From Marinagarivorans cellulosilyticus (GTDB lineage: Bacteria > Pseudomonadota > Gammaproteobacteria > Pseudomonadales > Cellvibrionaceae): DNA of 64,000 nucleotides. The notes under the pieces were generated by a model, which saw only the letters and a program-made list of their open reading frames with translations, had not been told where the DNA came from and did no database searches. Shown here piece by piece: positions 10,968-22,772 of this stretch. The position numbers and the translations under genes are program-made. The number at the start of each line of letters is the position of its first letter. Positions within the stretch are counted from its first letter, which is position 1. The DNA lies in NCBI RefSeq assembly GCF_021655555.1, contig NZ_AP023086.1, positions 3,046,453 to 3,110,452 on the forward strand, in the 5' to 3' direction.

Positions 10968-11555
10968 ATGAATGCTCAGTCGGTATCACGGTTTTTAAAG
11001 GTGGCGTTATTTACGGGCTGTTTTGCCGCAGCAGGTATTTTAGGCCCGCAACATTTAAGCCGGCACTTGGATCAGTTTTGGGTTGAGGAGGCTCATCAAG
11101 CCTTGTTGACAGGTTTGGTCGATTCGCGAAATTACGCATGGGAACATCAAGTGCGCGTAGAGCTATGCCAGGCCAATAATGCGTACCGTTGTCTTTCTGA
11201 AAAAGCGATAGGTGACGAAGATGGTGTGGCGGGTTGGCTTAGTGTAAAAGTGCTGGCCAATGGCGATCGTTTACCGCTGAAGTTTTACAGTTTTCATTCG
11301 GAATACGTAGCGTTAGACCAAGGTGGGCGCATCGACAGTAGTGAGCCGTTGGGGTTTGATTCGCAAGGTTATAGCTTGCAACCGGAGGTGGTTGCCTTAC
11401 AGCTTTATTCGTGGGGTGGCATTAGCCAAAAAAATTATACGGTTGTGCTTGAGCCCAGCGGGGCATTGCAAACGCTAGTTAATGCAGAGCTAGAAGCTCC
11501 TCGTAAAGTGGCTTTATTACATTGGGAAAATTTAATTAAGAAAGTGAGCGGTTAA
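10968..11555 (+). CDS. Hypothetical secreted protein
   Basis: 195-aa ORF with an N-terminal hydrophobic signal-like segment (MNAQSVSRFLKVALFTGCFAAAGILG). Confidence 0.5.
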   Translation: MNAQSVSRFLKVALFTGCFAAAGILGPQHLSRHLDQFWVEEAHQALLTGLVDSRNYAWEHQVRVELCQANNAYRCLSEKAIGDEDGVAGWLSVKVLANGDRLPLKFYSFHSEYVALDQGGRIDSSEPLGFDSQGYSLQPEVVALQLYSWGGISQKNYTVVLEPSGALQTLVNAELEAPRKVALLHWENLIKKVSG

Positions 11556-11556
11556 A

Positions 11557-11583
11557 AAAGGGGGAGCCTAGGCTCCCCAAGTC
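11557..11583. terminator. Bidirectional rho-independent terminator (GGGGAGCC-TAGG-GCTCCCC hairpin flanked by an A-run and a T-run)
   Basis: aaaaaaGGGGGAGCCTAGGCTCCCC sits between convergent genes. On the minus strand the stem is followed by TTTTTT. Confidence 0.7.
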
Positions 11584-11609
11584 CTCAAAATGTATTGCTG
11601 GCGGCTAAC

Positions 11610-12824
11610 TTAAAAGCTCGCTGCCGCGGTTAACCAAAGTTTTTGGGTATCTTTGTAGTTTTCTGCTTTTTCATCCGCTGAGAAATCAGCATATTTTAGT
11701 GATAAACCTACACCTTTTACTTTGCCAGAAACGACAAACCCGATTTCACTACCAAAGCTATCAAAGCCCGTTTGATCTGAATCGTTAACATCAAATTGAT
11801 GGTAAATTGCCGCGAGTTTTACGGGACCTGCTTTGCCGGCAACTTTAAAATATATATCGTTGATGCCGCCTTCGACGTTACCTGAACCGCCGCCAAGGAA
11901 AACATCGGTCCAACCTTGGAATTTATGTAATGTGGCTAAGGGGGTAATAAATCGACCTTTGTCTTCATCTGTACCTAAGCTTTCATAGCCGCCGCTTATT
12001 GTGACTGGCTTAAAGGCATAAGATAGATTGGCCGAGAAGTAGCCCGCTGAGTATTCAGCTGGGTTATCGCCTGATTCGGATTGAGTTGCAACCTCTGCTT
12101 CATAGCCAAAGCCTCCAGCTTTACCTGTTGCGCGAATACCCATGGTTGATGTTGAAAAATCAGCTTTAGAGTAATTATCAATATCGTAATAATAACCCGT
12201 CAAGTTAATTGCATCGTTAAACGCATATTTAGCATTTAATAACACAGTTTGGGTGTCGTGAACGCCTGCTGCACTTTGTTCTCCAAAAATGCGCTTAACC
12301 GCTGTGATATAAGATCCAAATAGCGTTAGGTTTTCTACATCTTTGCTTTGGATGGTAAACGAATCATAGGTTTGTTCGTTTTGACGAAAGCCTACGCCGC
12401 CCACAAAACGCTGGTTGTCTAACAATATTCTATTGCGACCCATTTTAGCGGTTGTTTTAGCGGCTTTAAAGGAAAGGTAGTATTGGTTAACTTCTGTGCC
12501 TTCTGGATCACCGATACCTGCACCTTCGGGTTCATAGTCTTGTAGGTGAGTGACATCATCCATTTCTAGCCCTAAACCAAAGCCTTTGAAATCTTGCGAT
12601 ACGTAAGTTAGGCGGGTTTTTAAAGAGAGTAAATCGGCTGTACCGTCTTTTTCGCCAGCAACGGGGTTTGCAACTGTCACATCTTCATAGCGCATGCGCA
12701 GGCTTAGAGTAACATCGCCGCCTTTTAAGGCCTCGGTTATCGAGCTTGCTTCTTCGGCAATAGTGGGGCTAGCGTATGCTGCGCTGATGGCTGAAGCTAA
12801 TGTTAACGCGTGAATTTTTTTCAT
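11610..12824 (-). CDS. Outer-membrane beta-barrel porin, alginate-export (AlgE-like) family. It is the last gene of the transporter operon.
   Basis: Signal peptide MKKIHALTLASAISAAYA. The protein has alternating beta-strand character, aromatic girdles and a C-terminal ...LWLTAAASF (terminal Phe). Confidence 0.6.
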   Translation of the reverse strand: MKKIHALTLASAISAAYASPTIAEEASSITEALKGGDVTLSLRMRYEDVTVANPVAGEKDGTADLLSLKTRLTYVSQDFKGFGLGLEMDDVTHLQDYEPEGAGIGDPEGTEVNQYYLSFKAAKTTAKMGRNRILLDNQRFVGGVGFRQNEQTYDSFTIQSKDVENLTLFGSYITAVKRIFGEQSAAGVHDTQTVLLNAKYAFNDAINLTGYYYDIDNYSKADFSTSTMGIRATGKAGGFGYEAEVATQSESGDNPAEYSAGYFSANLSYAFKPVTISGGYESLGTDEDKGRFITPLATLHKFQGWTDVFLGGGSGNVEGGINDIYFKVAGKAGPVKLAAIYHQFDVNDSDQTGFDSFGSEIGFVVSGKVKGVGLSLKYADFSADEKAENYKDTQKLWLTAAASF

Positions 12825-12868
12825 GGTACGACTCCAAATGGTCAAAAGAGTAATCTTTAAGTTTTTAA

Positions 12869-14656
12869 TTAAGCAATAGCAGCTGTTTTTTGTTTATCAG
12901 CTTGCGGTGTTTGTATTTGTTGAGTATTTTTCTGTGTTGACGGTTGAGCATTGTTGGGCTCAGTAGGAGCGGTGTGATGCTCTTTTTCACAGTCCTCCAA
13001 AAAGCTTAATAGCTCTTCACGGTAAGCGTAGTAATCAGGGTGCTCCAACAATTGTTTACGCGTACGCGGCCTAGGTAAATTTACTTCCATAATTTTTCCG
13101 ACTTTGGCGTTCGGTCCATTTGTCATCATGATGACGCGGTCGGCTAATAAAATAGCTTCGTCTACATCGTGGGTGACGCACACGGCGGTAACTTGTGTTC
13201 GTGTCCAGACTTCCATTAATACTTCTTGTAATTCCCAGCGGGTTAAAGAATCTAGCATGCCGAAGGGTTCGTCCAGCAATAGCAACTTAGGCGAAAGGGC
13301 AAAAGCACGAGCTATGCCAACACGCTGTTTCATGCCGTTAGATAGCTCAGAAGCCTTTTTATGCATTGAATCAGCAAGGCCTACGCGCGATAAATAGTAT
13401 TCGATAATTTCGTTGCGCTCTTTTTTGGTGCCATGCGGGTAAACTTTTTCTACTCCTAGTGCAACATTTTGCTTGGCGCTTAACCAAGGGAACAAACTTG
13501 GGGCTTGGAATACAACGCCTCTGTCGGGCCCTGCATCGGTGACTTCTTTGCCATCTAAAATAATGCCGCCGCCACTAATACTATTTAAACCTGCAACCAT
13601 GGATAAAACGGTAGATTTCCCACAGCCCGAGTGTCCAATAATGGAAATAAATTCGCCTTTTTTCATCTTTAAATCAAATTCATCAACAACCGTTAAAGGG
13701 CCTTTAGGAGTAGGGTAAATTTTAGTAACTTGCGAGAATTCGACATACTTATCTAGCGCTGGGTTATGCGCTTTGGCTGCCTTCTCTGCCAAGGCATTGG
13801 GTAGTTCTGGATTGGCAGTATTCGGACGAATTGCTGGCAATTCCTTCTTGTCGTCAGCGGCAGATTTTTCCATGCCGACTTTCATTAAATATTGGGTGAT
13901 ATCTTTACGTAGAGTTTTGAATTCCTCGTCGTGATTCATTGCTGTTCTATCGCGAGGTCTAGGAATATTTACATTGAACTCGGGGCCGAAGGTGGCGCAA
14001 GGGCCTGGAGTCAATGGAATAATGCGATCAGCTAACAAAATGGCTTCGTCCACGTCGTTAGTAATTAAAATAATTGTTTTCTTTTCTTTTTGAGAGATAT
14101 CTTCAATCTCGTCTTGTAACTTGGCGCGTGTTAATGCGTCTAATGCCGATAGCGGCTCGTCAAGTAAAATAAGCTCTGGCTTCATGGCGAGTGCACGAGC
14201 AACCGACACGCGTTGGCGCATGCCGCCGGAAAGCTCCGCAGGCCTTCGGTCAACAGCGTGAGATAAGCCTACCATGTCAATGTAATACATAATATGTTCA
14301 TGGCGCTTTGCTTTGGACCAACTGCCAAATACTTGATCTACCGCAAGTTGAATGTTGGAGTAGACAGTAAGCCAGGGCATTAATGAATAGCTTTGAAAAA
14401 CTAAACCTCTTTCTGGGCCTGGCCCGTCGATGGATTCCCCTTTAAATAATAAAGTACCGCTGTCTGGTTTTATTAAGCCTGCAATGGCAGAGATTAATGT
14501 GGTTTTTCCGCTACCGGAGAAACCCACTATGGCAACAAACTCACCGTCACGCATTGTGAGATTAATATCGTCAAGTACTTGCGTGATATTATTACCGGAG
14601 CCGTAGGATTTACTGACATTTTTAATGTCGAGTATAGGAGTTGAGGAAGTCGGCAT
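12869..14656 (-). CDS. ABC transporter ATP-binding protein with two tandem ABC ATPase domains fused (NrtC/NrtD-like, NitT/TauT family)
   Basis: Two Walker A motifs (GFSGSGKTT and GHSGCGKST), two ABC signatures ([15 protein letters not shown] and [15 protein letters not shown]) and two Walker B motifs (LLLDEP) in a 595-aa protein. Confidence 0.85.
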   Translation of the reverse strand: MPTSSTPILDIKNVSKSYGSGNNITQVLDDINLTMRDGEFVAIVGFSGSGKTTLISAIAGLIKPDSGTLLFKGESIDGPGPERGLVFQSYSLMPWLTVYSNIQLAVDQVFGSWSKAKRHEHIMYYIDMVGLSHAVDRRPAELSGGMRQRVSVARALAMKPELILLDEPLSALDALTRAKLQDEIEDISQKEKKTIILITNDVDEAILLADRIIPLTPGPCATFGPEFNVNIPRPRDRTAMNHDEEFKTLRKDITQYLMKVGMEKSAADDKKELPAIRPNTANPELPNALAEKAAKAHNPALDKYVEFSQVTKIYPTPKGPLTVVDEFDLKMKKGEFISIIGHSGCGKSTVLSMVAGLNSISGGGIILDGKEVTDAGPDRGVVFQAPSLFPWLSAKQNVALGVEKVYPHGTKKERNEIIEYYLSRVGLADSMHKKASELSNGMKQRVGIARAFALSPKLLLLDEPFGMLDSLTRWELQEVLMEVWTRTQVTAVCVTHDVDEAILLADRVIMMTNGPNAKVGKIMEVNLPRPRTRKQLLEHPDYYAYREELLSFLEDCEKEHHTAPTEPNNAQPSTQKNTQQIQTPQADKQKTAAIA

Positions 14657-14695
14657 AAGACAATTCTCGCTTGATACTGAATGGTTTAAAAAGAA

Positions 14696-15712
14696 TTAAC
14701 GGTTCACGTCAAAGGTAAATAGCGTTTGCAACGTAGACATCACGCGATCCAATAAGAAACCGATAATGCCAATTGTTAAAACTGCAACCATAATTCTGCC
14801 AAGTGAGTGCGAACTACCATTTTGAAATTCGTCCCATACAAACTTACCAAGCCCTGGGTTTTGTGCAAGCATTTCGGCGGCGATTAATACCATCCAACCA
14901 ACACCGAGTGATAAACGTAAGCCGGTAAAAATAAGAGGTAAAGAAGAGGGGAGAACAAGCTTAGTTATTTTTGTCCACCAGCCAAGCTTAAGAACTTTAC
15001 CAACGTTCATTAAGTCCTTATCGATCGAAGAAACGCCTACAGCGGTATTGATCAGTGTTGGCCAGAGTGAGCAAAGCGTTACGGTAATAGCCGATGTTAA
15101 AAATGACTTTTCAAACCAAGCTTCGTCGCTGGTGACGTAGGTTGCACTAACAACCATGGTAACAATAGGGAGCCAAGCTAAGGGAGATACCGGCTTGAAT
15201 ATTTGGATTATAGGGTTAAAAGCAGAGCTAACAATGGGGCTAAGGCCGCAAAAAATGCCCAGTGGAACTGCAATAATTGTCGCAATTAAAAAACCCATAA
15301 AAACGGTTTTCAAGCTGGTGTAAATTTGATCGATATAAGTAGATTTTCCTGTGTATGTGCGCCATTTTACTTCGGCATCTGGATTTTTTTCCAATTTTTT
15401 GGCGTTGCGCGTTTCTTGGCGCTGGTAGAACGCTGCTTCTTTTTCTCGTGTTTCTTTGTGTTCAGCCCAAAGCCCTTTGGCTTCTTCATACACGGCTGTC
15501 GGGCCTGGTATTTTACCTAGGCTTGTTTCTACGCTATTAGCTAGTTGGCCCCAAAGCATCAAGAATAATGCAAAAGCAACTATAGGTATGCCCATAACCA
15601 GCCAGAGTTGTTTGAGTTGTTCTTTTGGGTTTTCGCCAGCAGCCATACGGGTAATCGGCACAAACCAAGTAAGCCCTGCTAAGTTAAAAAAGTTTGTGAT
15701 TTTGTTAATCAT
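14696..15712 (-). CDS. ABC transporter permease (NrtB-like) with an inserted charged cytoplasmic loop
   Basis: Multi-TM protein with the permease EAA-like region LIAAEMLAQNPGLGKF. It sits between the substrate-binding protein and ATPase genes. Confidence 0.8.
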   Translation of the reverse strand: MINKITNFFNLAGLTWFVPITRMAAGENPKEQLKQLWLVMGIPIVAFALFLMLWGQLANSVETSLGKIPGPTAVYEEAKGLWAEHKETREKEAAFYQRQETRNAKKLEKNPDAEVKWRTYTGKSTYIDQIYTSLKTVFMGFLIATIIAVPLGIFCGLSPIVSSAFNPIIQIFKPVSPLAWLPIVTMVVSATYVTSDEAWFEKSFLTSAITVTLCSLWPTLINTAVGVSSIDKDLMNVGKVLKLGWWTKITKLVLPSSLPLIFTGLRLSLGVGWMVLIAAEMLAQNPGLGKFVWDEFQNGSSHSLGRIMVAVLTIGIIGFLLDRVMSTLQTLFTFDVNR

Positions 15713-15825
15713 AACAAACGACCTGCTATCTATATTGAGGATGGTGGGCCTAGGCCCTTATTTTAAGGTGAAGCGATGGAGTAATGTTGGGCGGCACGTC
15801 CTTGTGCTCGTGGGTATCGAAGAAT

Positions 15826-17232
15826 CTATTTTTTGGAGGATACTACCGCGCTGCCTTTTATTGTTTCATTTTCTTTTAAGCCAATAGGGAAGTTAGATAA
15901 GTAAGCATTTGGTTGCTTGCCATTGTATGTGATGCCATCAATAAACTCGTTTTGTGGCGCTTTAAAACCATCACTTTCCCAAGGCACATCGCTTTTAGCA
16001 ATTTTCCCTTCTTTTAATAAAAGCTCAGCAGCTTGCTTGTAAATTTCGGGCTTATAGACTTTTTTAGCAATATCAAAGTACCAAGAGTCAGGTTTTGTTT
16101 CGCTAATTTGTCCCCAGCGACGCATTTGTGTTAAGTACCAAATCGCATCAGAGTAGAAGGGGTAGTTGGCGTGATAGCGAAAGAATACGTTAAAGTCTGG
16201 CACTTCGCGTTTATCACCTTTTTCGTATTCAAAGGTGCCCGTCATAGAGTTTGCAATCACTTCGTAATCTGCACCGACATACTCAGATTTAGATAATATT
16301 TTTACCGCTTCTTCTCGGTTTGCATTATTGTTTTCGTCTAGCCATTTCGCGGCGCGAATAAGTGCTTTAACAACGGCTAGGTGGGTGTTTGGATATTTCT
16401 CGGCCCACTCGTTCGATACACCAAAAACTTTCTCTGGGTTGTTTTTCCAGATTTCGTAATCGGTAATAACCGGGACGCCAATGCCTTTAAATACGGCTTG
16501 TTGATTCCAAGGTTCGCCTACGCAATAGCCAAAGATAGTACCGGCCTCTAAGGTGGCGGGCATTTGAGGTGGTGGGGTTACAGATAATAAGGCATCGGCA
16601 GCGACAGTGCCTGAGCTATCACCTTGGTGCGGAGCATAATAACCTGGGTTAATGCCGCCAGCCGCTAGCCAGTAGCGCAGCTCATAATTATGAGTTGAAA
16701 CAGGAAATACCATGCCCATTTTAAATTGCTTGCCATTTTTTTTATAATCATCGATAACCGGCTTTAATGCATCAGCTTTAATCGGATGAACAGGCTTGCC
16801 ATTTTTGTGTGGGATGTTTTTTTTCATTTCTTTCCACACACTATTGGAAACGGTGATGCCATTCCCGTTGAGATCCATGCTAAAAGCTGTCACAACATGT
16901 GCTTGGGTACCAAAACCAATGGTTGCACCTAACGGTTGACCTGCGAGCATGTGTGCACCGTCGAGCTCGCCATCAATGGTACGGTCGAGCAAAACTTTCC
17001 AGTTGGCTTGTGCTTCTAAGGTGACAAACAGCCCCTCGTCTTCAAAAAAACCTTTTTCGTAGGCAATTGCTAGTGGCGCCATATCGGTTAATTTAATAAA
17101 ACCGAATTTTAATTCATCCTTTTCTAGCTCTAGCTCGGCAAACGCGCTGGTCACTGTCATGCTCGCTATTACACTAAGTGCACCAGTGGCAAAGACTTTA
17201 AGTACACGGTTAAAAGGTGTTTTTTTGTGCAT
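15826..17232 (-). CDS. nrtA: NrtA/CmpA-type (nitrate/nitrite/bicarbonate/cyanate) ABC transporter substrate-binding protein
   Basis: Strong NrtA-like motifs [31 protein letters not shown] and CVGEPWN. The signal peptide is [41 protein letters not shown] lies 5 nt upstream of the ATG at 17232; the ORF track starts at 17265. Confidence 0.85.
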   Translation of the reverse strand: MHKKTPFNRVLKVFATGALSVIASMTVTSAFAELELEKDELKFGFIKLTDMAPLAIAYEKGFFEDEGLFVTLEAQANWKVLLDRTIDGELDGAHMLAGQPLGATIGFGTQAHVVTAFSMDLNGNGITVSNSVWKEMKKNIPHKNGKPVHPIKADALKPVIDDYKKNGKQFKMGMVFPVSTHNYELRYWLAAGGINPGYYAPHQGDSSGTVAADALLSVTPPPQMPATLEAGTIFGYCVGEPWNQQAVFKGIGVPVITDYEIWKNNPEKVFGVSNEWAEKYPNTHLAVVKALIRAAKWLDENNNANREEAVKILSKSEYVGADYEVIANSMTGTFEYEKGDKREVPDFNVFFRYHANYPFYSDAIWYLTQMRRWGQISETKPDSWYFDIAKKVYKPEIYKQAAELLLKEGKIAKSDVPWESDGFKAPQNEFIDGITYNGKQPNAYLSNFPIGLKENETIKGSAVVSSKK

Positions 17233-17821
17233 GGGTATCTCCTGTGGGTATATGTGCGAAATCAAAAAAACTTAATTACGCTATCGCAAGGAGCTTGCCA
17301 GATAGGTTTTTTTAAATAAAAAATATTTTTTTGTCATATGAATCAATGGGCTAGTGTTTTTTATTCGTTGTTTTTTTCTGTCGGTACTGTTTTTTTCGAT
17401 GCACTGATTCGGGGTGACTTATTGAGTTACGGCACGACGAGGTGATTGCATGAGAAGTATTGTGTGATCCAATGCGGTGCCAGTCTTGGTGCTGACGTTC
17501 TTTTATGGTGAGTTGCAATTGATTTTTTGTGCTGTCACGGTTTCTTTTCGCTTCAGTATTGGTGCGCGGCCTATATCTTCGCGCTGATTTGAGGCGTTTA
17601 GAGGGGGTGCAACTTTGTGGCGCATGATAATGGCATTCTGTACCATAAGTGTGTGGTTTGTGTCGCGGTGACAGCGGCATTGCTAGGCTATTATGTGCGT
17701 ATTAATGTGTTGTGGCTTAAGCTGGCGCATGTCAGAGGGGCGGCTTTGACTTTGTTGGGGGCTCTAAATTGGGTAGGCTGAATGGGTAAAGGAGTGTTGT
17801 AGTTCGTGAGTATTACGTTAA

Positions 17822-18757
17822 TTGTTGCTAGGACGGCAGATAATGAATAAACAGCGCGCATATCGTGCTGGGTTCTGGCCTTCGTTGGCTGGGCTCTTTG
17901 CGCTAACAGCTTTGGTGCTTGTAATTATGTGGTTTCGCGAACATCACAAAGGTGCTGCGTTGGCTAGGCAATTACACAATATAGAAGGGCGTTTAGATGC
18001 TTGGGTTGCCGAGCAAGGGGCACAAGCATCGTCAGCACAAAGCTGCCCGCAAGCATCGTTACCTTTAGCGGATCAAACCTTGCAGCAAATTTGCAGTGCG
18101 TATATGGCCTATGCGCAAAGCAACGATAAAGGCATAGAGTCCTTAATCTCTGTGCGCCTAGAGCAAGACATACAGCAGAAGTATGCATTTCTGTTTCAGG
18201 CGATCACGCTGGGGAAGCAAGATGCCGCTCAGTTAAGCCGTTTAATGATAGAGCGCGAAAGCGTTCTTAATGCGCCGGTGCAAGGCTATTTTACGCAGCC
18301 AGAGGAGCTGCAAGCAGTGATTGATGAGCAGCAAGGTTTGTTGGCCAACATTGACGCTGAGGTGCGCGAGCTTTTAGGTGAGCAGGTTTACCACAAATAT
18401 GAGTTGTTAAATGATTCTGGCTTCGAGCAGTATCAGCTGGAACAATTTAGCCAAAGCCTAACGGCAGAAAACCAAGTTACCGGCGAGCAAAAAGGACAGC
18501 TGTTATTATCAAAGCTGCAATACCAGCAGAAGTTTGAACAACAACTGGCGCAGCTGGGCGAAGCCGCTGATGCTGAAAAGGTTAAAGACGCGCTAAGTGC
18601 TTTTAAAGCCGCTTATTACAGTGACGGTGCGGCCGTACTAAGCCCAGTTCAGCTTGTGCAGCTTAAAGCCTTTGAAGATGCCCAGTTCGATGCGCTGTTC
18701 CAGAGTTTAAGTCTTCAGTTAATGGAGGCGAGTAGCTCGCAGCCGGTGGCAGAGTAA
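17822..18757 (+). CDS. Hypothetical membrane-anchored, Q/A-rich coiled-coil protein
   Basis: 311-aa ORF with an N-terminal TM (FWPSLAGLFALTALVLVIMWF). It is followed by a strong terminator. Confidence 0.5.
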   Translation: MLLGRQIMNKQRAYRAGFWPSLAGLFALTALVLVIMWFREHHKGAALARQLHNIEGRLDAWVAEQGAQASSAQSCPQASLPLADQTLQQICSAYMAYAQSNDKGIESLISVRLEQDIQQKYAFLFQAITLGKQDAAQLSRLMIERESVLNAPVQGYFTQPEELQAVIDEQQGLLANIDAEVRELLGEQVYHKYELLNDSGFEQYQLEQFSQSLTAENQVTGEQKGQLLLSKLQYQQKFEQQLAQLGEAADAEKVKDALSAFKAAYYSDGAAVLSPVQLVQLKAFEDAQFDALFQSLSLQLMEASSSQPVAE

Positions 18758-18784
18758 TTGTGAAATTTTGATAGCGCAAAACGT

Positions 18785-18812
18785 AAAAGCCCGCAGAGTG
18801 CGGGCTTTTTTG
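18785..18812. terminator. Bidirectional rho-independent terminator (GCCCGCA-GAG-TGCGGGC + T6)
   Basis: aaaaGCCCGCAGAGTGCGGGCtttttt sits between convergent genes. Confidence 0.8.
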
Positions 18813-18837
18813 CTGCTCACTTACTAAAAGCTAGCTG

Positions 18838-21462
18838 TTAAGAGCGAACCTCAACAATTTCCGTGGCGGCTATGCGCTTGCCTTCTTCGGCGCCATCTTG
18901 GAAGCTTTTGATCTGGTCGAAGTTCATGTACTTGAAGATCTCGTCGCTCATGCTATTGATTTTACTCGCATATTTCATGTATTCCGCGGGGGTTGGTAGC
19001 CGACCCAATATGCCACCTACGGAGGCAAGCTCTGCCGAGGTGAGATAAACGTTGGCGCCATTACCTAAGCGGTTAGGGAAGTTACGCGTTGATGTTGATA
19101 GAACGGTTGCGCCATCGGCAACGCGAGCTTGGTTACCCATGCATAACGAGCAGCCCGGCATTTCCATGCGGGCGCCTTTTGCGCCAAAAATGTTGTAGTA
19201 GCCTTCTTCCATTAAGGTGTGGGCATCCATTTTTGTGGGCGGCGAAATCCAAAAGCGTGAGTTGAGTGTGCCTTTGGTGGATTCAAATAATTTGCCTGCT
19301 GCGCGGAAGTGACCAATGTTAGTCATGCACGAACCAATAAATACTTCGTCAACTTTATCGCCAGCGACTTCAGATAATAAACGAGCATCGTCTGGATCGT
19401 TGGGGCAGCAAACGACAGGTTCGGTTACTTCAGCTAAGTCGATTTCAATGACGGCGGCATATTCGGCATCAGCATCGCCTTCGAGTAGTTCTGGGTTGGC
19501 TAGCCATTCTTCCATTTTGCTGGCGCGACGCTCAAGGGTGCGAGCATCGCCATAACCTTCGCTTACCATCCAGCGCAATAGTGTGATATTCGAGCGCAAG
19601 TATTCAGAAATTTTCTCGATGGATTGCTTAATCGTACAGCCTGCTGCAGATCGCTCGGCCGAGGCATCTGAAAGCTCGAAAGCTTGTTCTACGGTTAAGT
19701 CTTTTAGGCCTTCGATTTCAAGAATTCGGCCGGAGAAAATATTCTTTTTGCCTTTTTTCTCTACGGTGAGCAAGCCTTGTTTAATGGCATATAACGGGAT
19801 TGCATGCACTAAATCGCGCAAGGTAATGCCTGGCTGCATATCTCCTTTAAAGCGAACCAATACCGATTCGGGCATATCGAGTGGCATAACGCCAGTTGCC
19901 GCGGCAAAAGCCACTAAGCCAGAACCCGCCGGGAAGGAAATGCCCATTGGGAAGCGAGTATGTGAATCGCCGCCAGTACCGACAGTATCGGGCAGTAACA
20001 TGCGGTTAAGCCAGCTGTGAATGATGCCGTCGCCAGGGCGCAAAGAAACGCCGCCGCGCGTCATAATGAAATCGGGCAGGGTGTGTTGCGTAGTGATATC
20101 AACAGGTTTTGGATATGCCGCAGTGTGGCAGAACGACTGCATCGTCAGGTCGGCAGAGAAGCCTAAACAGGCGAGGTCTTTAAGCTCGTCGCGGGTCATT
20201 GGGCCGGTGGTATCTTGCGAGCCCACAGTCGTCATTTTGGGCTCGCAGTATGTGCCAGGGCGAATGCCTTGGCCTTCGGGTAAACCACAAGCGCGGCCAA
20301 CCATTTTTTGCGCTAAGGTAAAGCCTTTGCCGGTATCTACTGGCGCGGCCGGGACACGGAAAAGCGTTGATGTCGGTAGGCCAAGCGATTCACGTGCTTT
20401 GGCCGTTAAGCCGCGACCAATAATAAGGTTGATACGGCCGCCTGCACGCACTTCGTCTAATAGTACGTCAGACTTCAATTCAAACTCGCTCAGTACGTCG
20501 CCGCTTTCGCTCAGAATTTTGCCGTCGTAAGGGCGGATTTCAATGACATCGCCCATGCCGATTTTCTCGACAGGCGCTTCGAAAACTAAGGCGCCAGCAT
20601 CTTCCATCGTGTTGTAAAAGATAGGTGCGACCTTACCACCAATACAAATGCCGCCACCGCGCTTGTTGGGCACGCCGGGCATGTCGTCACCGAAGAACCA
20701 TAAAACGGAGTTGGTCGCCGATTTGCGCGAAGAGCCAGTACCTACAACGTCGCCAACAAAGGCAACAGGCAAGCCTTGATCTTGCACGGCTTTAACTTGC
20801 GCCATAGGGCCGGTTATGCCAGCTTCGTCGGGGGTTAAGCCGTCGCGCTGCATTTTATACATGGCTAGCGCATGCAATGGGATGTCTGGGCGGCTCCATG
20901 CATCTGGGGCTGGCGACAAATCATCGGTATTGGTTTCACCGGTGACTTTAAACACGGCCACTTTAATGCTTTGTGCCACTTCGGCGCGGCTCGTGAACCA
21001 CTCGGCATCAGCCCAGCTTTGAATAACTTCTTTGGCCAAAGCATTGCCGGCTTTGGCTTTTTCTTCTACATCGTGGAAGGCATCGAACATCAATAAGGTG
21101 TGCTTGAGCTCTTTTGCCGCTAGTGATGCAAGGTCTGGGCAATCGAGTAGGCTAACCAATGTTTCGATATTGTAACCGCCATGCATATTGCCGAGCAGCT
21201 CTACGGCTTGCGCTTTTGTGATGAGCGGCGACGAGGTTTCGCCCTTTATTAGCGCAGACAAAAAGCCCGCTTTAACATAAGCCGCTTCATCAACCCCAGG
21301 TGGAACGCGGGTGCTGAGTAGTTCTACCAGTGTTCCTTCTTCACCGGCGGGGGGACTTTTAAGCAGTTCAACAAGGTCTGCAACTTGCTCGGGAGTTAAT
21401 GGCTTGGGGGGAATGCCTTGAGCAGCGCGCTCGGCAACGTGTGCACGGTAAGCTTCTAACAC
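18838..21462 (-). CDS. acnB: Aconitate hydratase B (bifunctional aconitase 2 / 2-methylisocitrate dehydratase)
   Basis: N-terminus [43 protein letters not shown] matches E. coli AcnB. At 874 aa it is the expected length. Confidence 0.95.
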   Translation of the reverse strand: MLEAYRAHVAERAAQGIPPKPLTPEQVADLVELLKSPPAGEEGTLVELLSTRVPPGVDEAAYVKAGFLSALIKGETSSPLITKAQAVELLGNMHGGYNIETLVSLLDCPDLASLAAKELKHTLLMFDAFHDVEEKAKAGNALAKEVIQSWADAEWFTSRAEVAQSIKVAVFKVTGETNTDDLSPAPDAWSRPDIPLHALAMYKMQRDGLTPDEAGITGPMAQVKAVQDQGLPVAFVGDVVGTGSSRKSATNSVLWFFGDDMPGVPNKRGGGICIGGKVAPIFYNTMEDAGALVFEAPVEKIGMGDVIEIRPYDGKILSESGDVLSEFELKSDVLLDEVRAGGRINLIIGRGLTAKARESLGLPTSTLFRVPAAPVDTGKGFTLAQKMVGRACGLPEGQGIRPGTYCEPKMTTVGSQDTTGPMTRDELKDLACLGFSADLTMQSFCHTAAYPKPVDITTQHTLPDFIMTRGGVSLRPGDGIIHSWLNRMLLPDTVGTGGDSHTRFPMGISFPAGSGLVAFAAATGVMPLDMPESVLVRFKGDMQPGITLRDLVHAIPLYAIKQGLLTVEKKGKKNIFSGRILEIEGLKDLTVEQAFELSDASAERSAAGCTIKQSIEKISEYLRSNITLLRWMVSEGYGDARTLERRASKMEEWLANPELLEGDADAEYAAVIEIDLAEVTEPVVCCPNDPDDARLLSEVAGDKVDEVFIGSCMTNIGHFRAAGKLFESTKGTLNSRFWISPPTKMDAHTLMEEGYYNIFGAKGARMEMPGCSLCMGNQARVADGATVLSTSTRNFPNRLGNGANVYLTSAELASVGGILGRLPTPAEYMKYASKINSMSDEIFKYMNFDQIKSFQDGAEEGKRIAATEIVEVRS

Positions 21463-21804
21463 GGAGTAATCCTCTCTTGTAATGGGTTGCTCGTGCTAAC
21501 GCTTTGTCGTTGTTTGCAACAAATACGTTTGCCGAGGCATTAATAACGAATCCAGTAACGCTATCAATCGTGGTACGAATATCGGGAAGATGCAATGAAT
21601 AAGCCATGCAGTGTAGTTGAACACCGATATTCCGCACGAAGTGTATTCAATAATGCTGATCTACTCAGCATGTTTTCCTAGAAGTGTCCAATTGAGGGCG
21701 CGGATTTTACCTTAAAAGGGTGGGGGTGTCTAAACAGGCTGTAAGACATTGTCATGTATAGAGCGCGCACTGTGGCAAACTAGCGATTTTAAGAGGGTAA
21801 TGCG

Positions 21805-22725
21805 GTGTTGCCACTTGTAACACATCCTTGCTATAGCTTCGAATTCCCTGCAAGCCATCGCTTTCCGATGGATAAGTTTGCCTTGTTACACGCTTATTTA
21901 CAGGAAAAGGGCATTGCTACTACAAAAAACACATACCGCCCAGGGCGCGCTAGGTTAGAGTTGCTGACATTAGGGCATGATAGTGACTATATCGAACGCT
22001 TTATCGCCGGCACCCAAACCCCAGCCCAGTTGCGCACAATGGGCTTGCCGTGGAGTAAGCCGTTGGTCGCGCGCACCTTAATTTCACCCAATGGCACGCT
22101 CTTGTCTGCATTATTGGCCTTGGACCGAGGTATTGCTTGTCATTTGGCGGGTGGCACGCATCACGCACATTACGATTATGCATCGGGCTTTTGTATTTTT
22201 AATGATCTAGCGGTAGCGGCGCAGGCATTGATTGCGCAAGGCAAAGTTCAGCGTGTGCTTATTGTGGATTGCGATGTTCACCAAGGCGATGGTACCGCGG
22301 CGATCTTGGCCAATACCCCCTCCGTGTTTACCTTTTCACTGCATTGCGAAAAAAACTTCCCTGCACGTAAAGCTGTTAGCGATTTAGACGTTGGTTTGGC
22401 GCCCAAAACGACAGATCGGGTTTATTTAGAGGTACTCGATAACGCCTTAAGCAAGGTGCTGGAGCAATTTCAGCCCAATTTTGTTTTTTATGATGCCGGT
22501 GTAGATGTTTATGAGCACGACCCGTTGGGTTTGCTGAATATTTCGTTAGAAGGCATTCGCGCGCGGGACAAATTGGTTCTAGAGGAATGTGTTAGGCGGA
22601 ATATCCCTATAGCCACTGTGATCGGCGGTGGCTATTATGACGGCCTTTCGAGCCGTGCCGATGCAAGCTTAGCTTTGGCTAAGCGCCATGCCATCGTTGT
22701 TGAGGAGGCGAATCGTTGGTTTTAG
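21805..22725 (+). CDS. Histone deacetylase (HDAC/AcuC) superfamily amidohydrolase
   Basis: HDAC motifs GFCIFNDLAVA and DCDVHQGDGT. GTG start with an AAGAGGG RBS. Confidence 0.85.
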   Translation: MLPLVTHPCYSFEFPASHRFPMDKFALLHAYLQEKGIATTKNTYRPGRARLELLTLGHDSDYIERFIAGTQTPAQLRTMGLPWSKPLVARTLISPNGTLLSALLALDRGIACHLAGGTHHAHYDYASGFCIFNDLAVAAQALIAQGKVQRVLIVDCDVHQGDGTAAILANTPSVFTFSLHCEKNFPARKAVSDLDVGLAPKTTDRVYLEVLDNALSKVLEQFQPNFVFYDAGVDVYEHDPLGLLNISLEGIRARDKLVLEECVRRNIPIATVIGGGYYDGLSSRADASLALAKRHAIVVEEANRWF

Positions 22726-22772
22726 CTGTTCGGATTCACAGAATTTATTGCAAAGAGAGTAAAGGCAGAATT

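Noticed and set aside
17466-17482. GTGCCA / GCAA-like reverse sigma54 motif upstream of nrtA
   Set aside because: The -12 element would be TTGG and the match is partial. It is insufficient without an NtrC-type enhancer site.
17351-17680. 109-aa minus-strand ORF in the nrtA upstream leader
   Set aside because: Its basic, low-complexity, His/Arg/Thr-rich translation lacks an RBS context and lies in a T-rich regulatory region. It is most likely non-coding.
19316-20530. Several plus-strand ORFs of 79-169 aa (19316-19555, 19583-20020, 20021-20530) inside the acnB region
   Set aside because: They are antisense to a highly conserved, full-length acnB. Their low-complexity S/A/R-rich translations are typical of reverse-frame artefacts in a moderately GC-rich gene.
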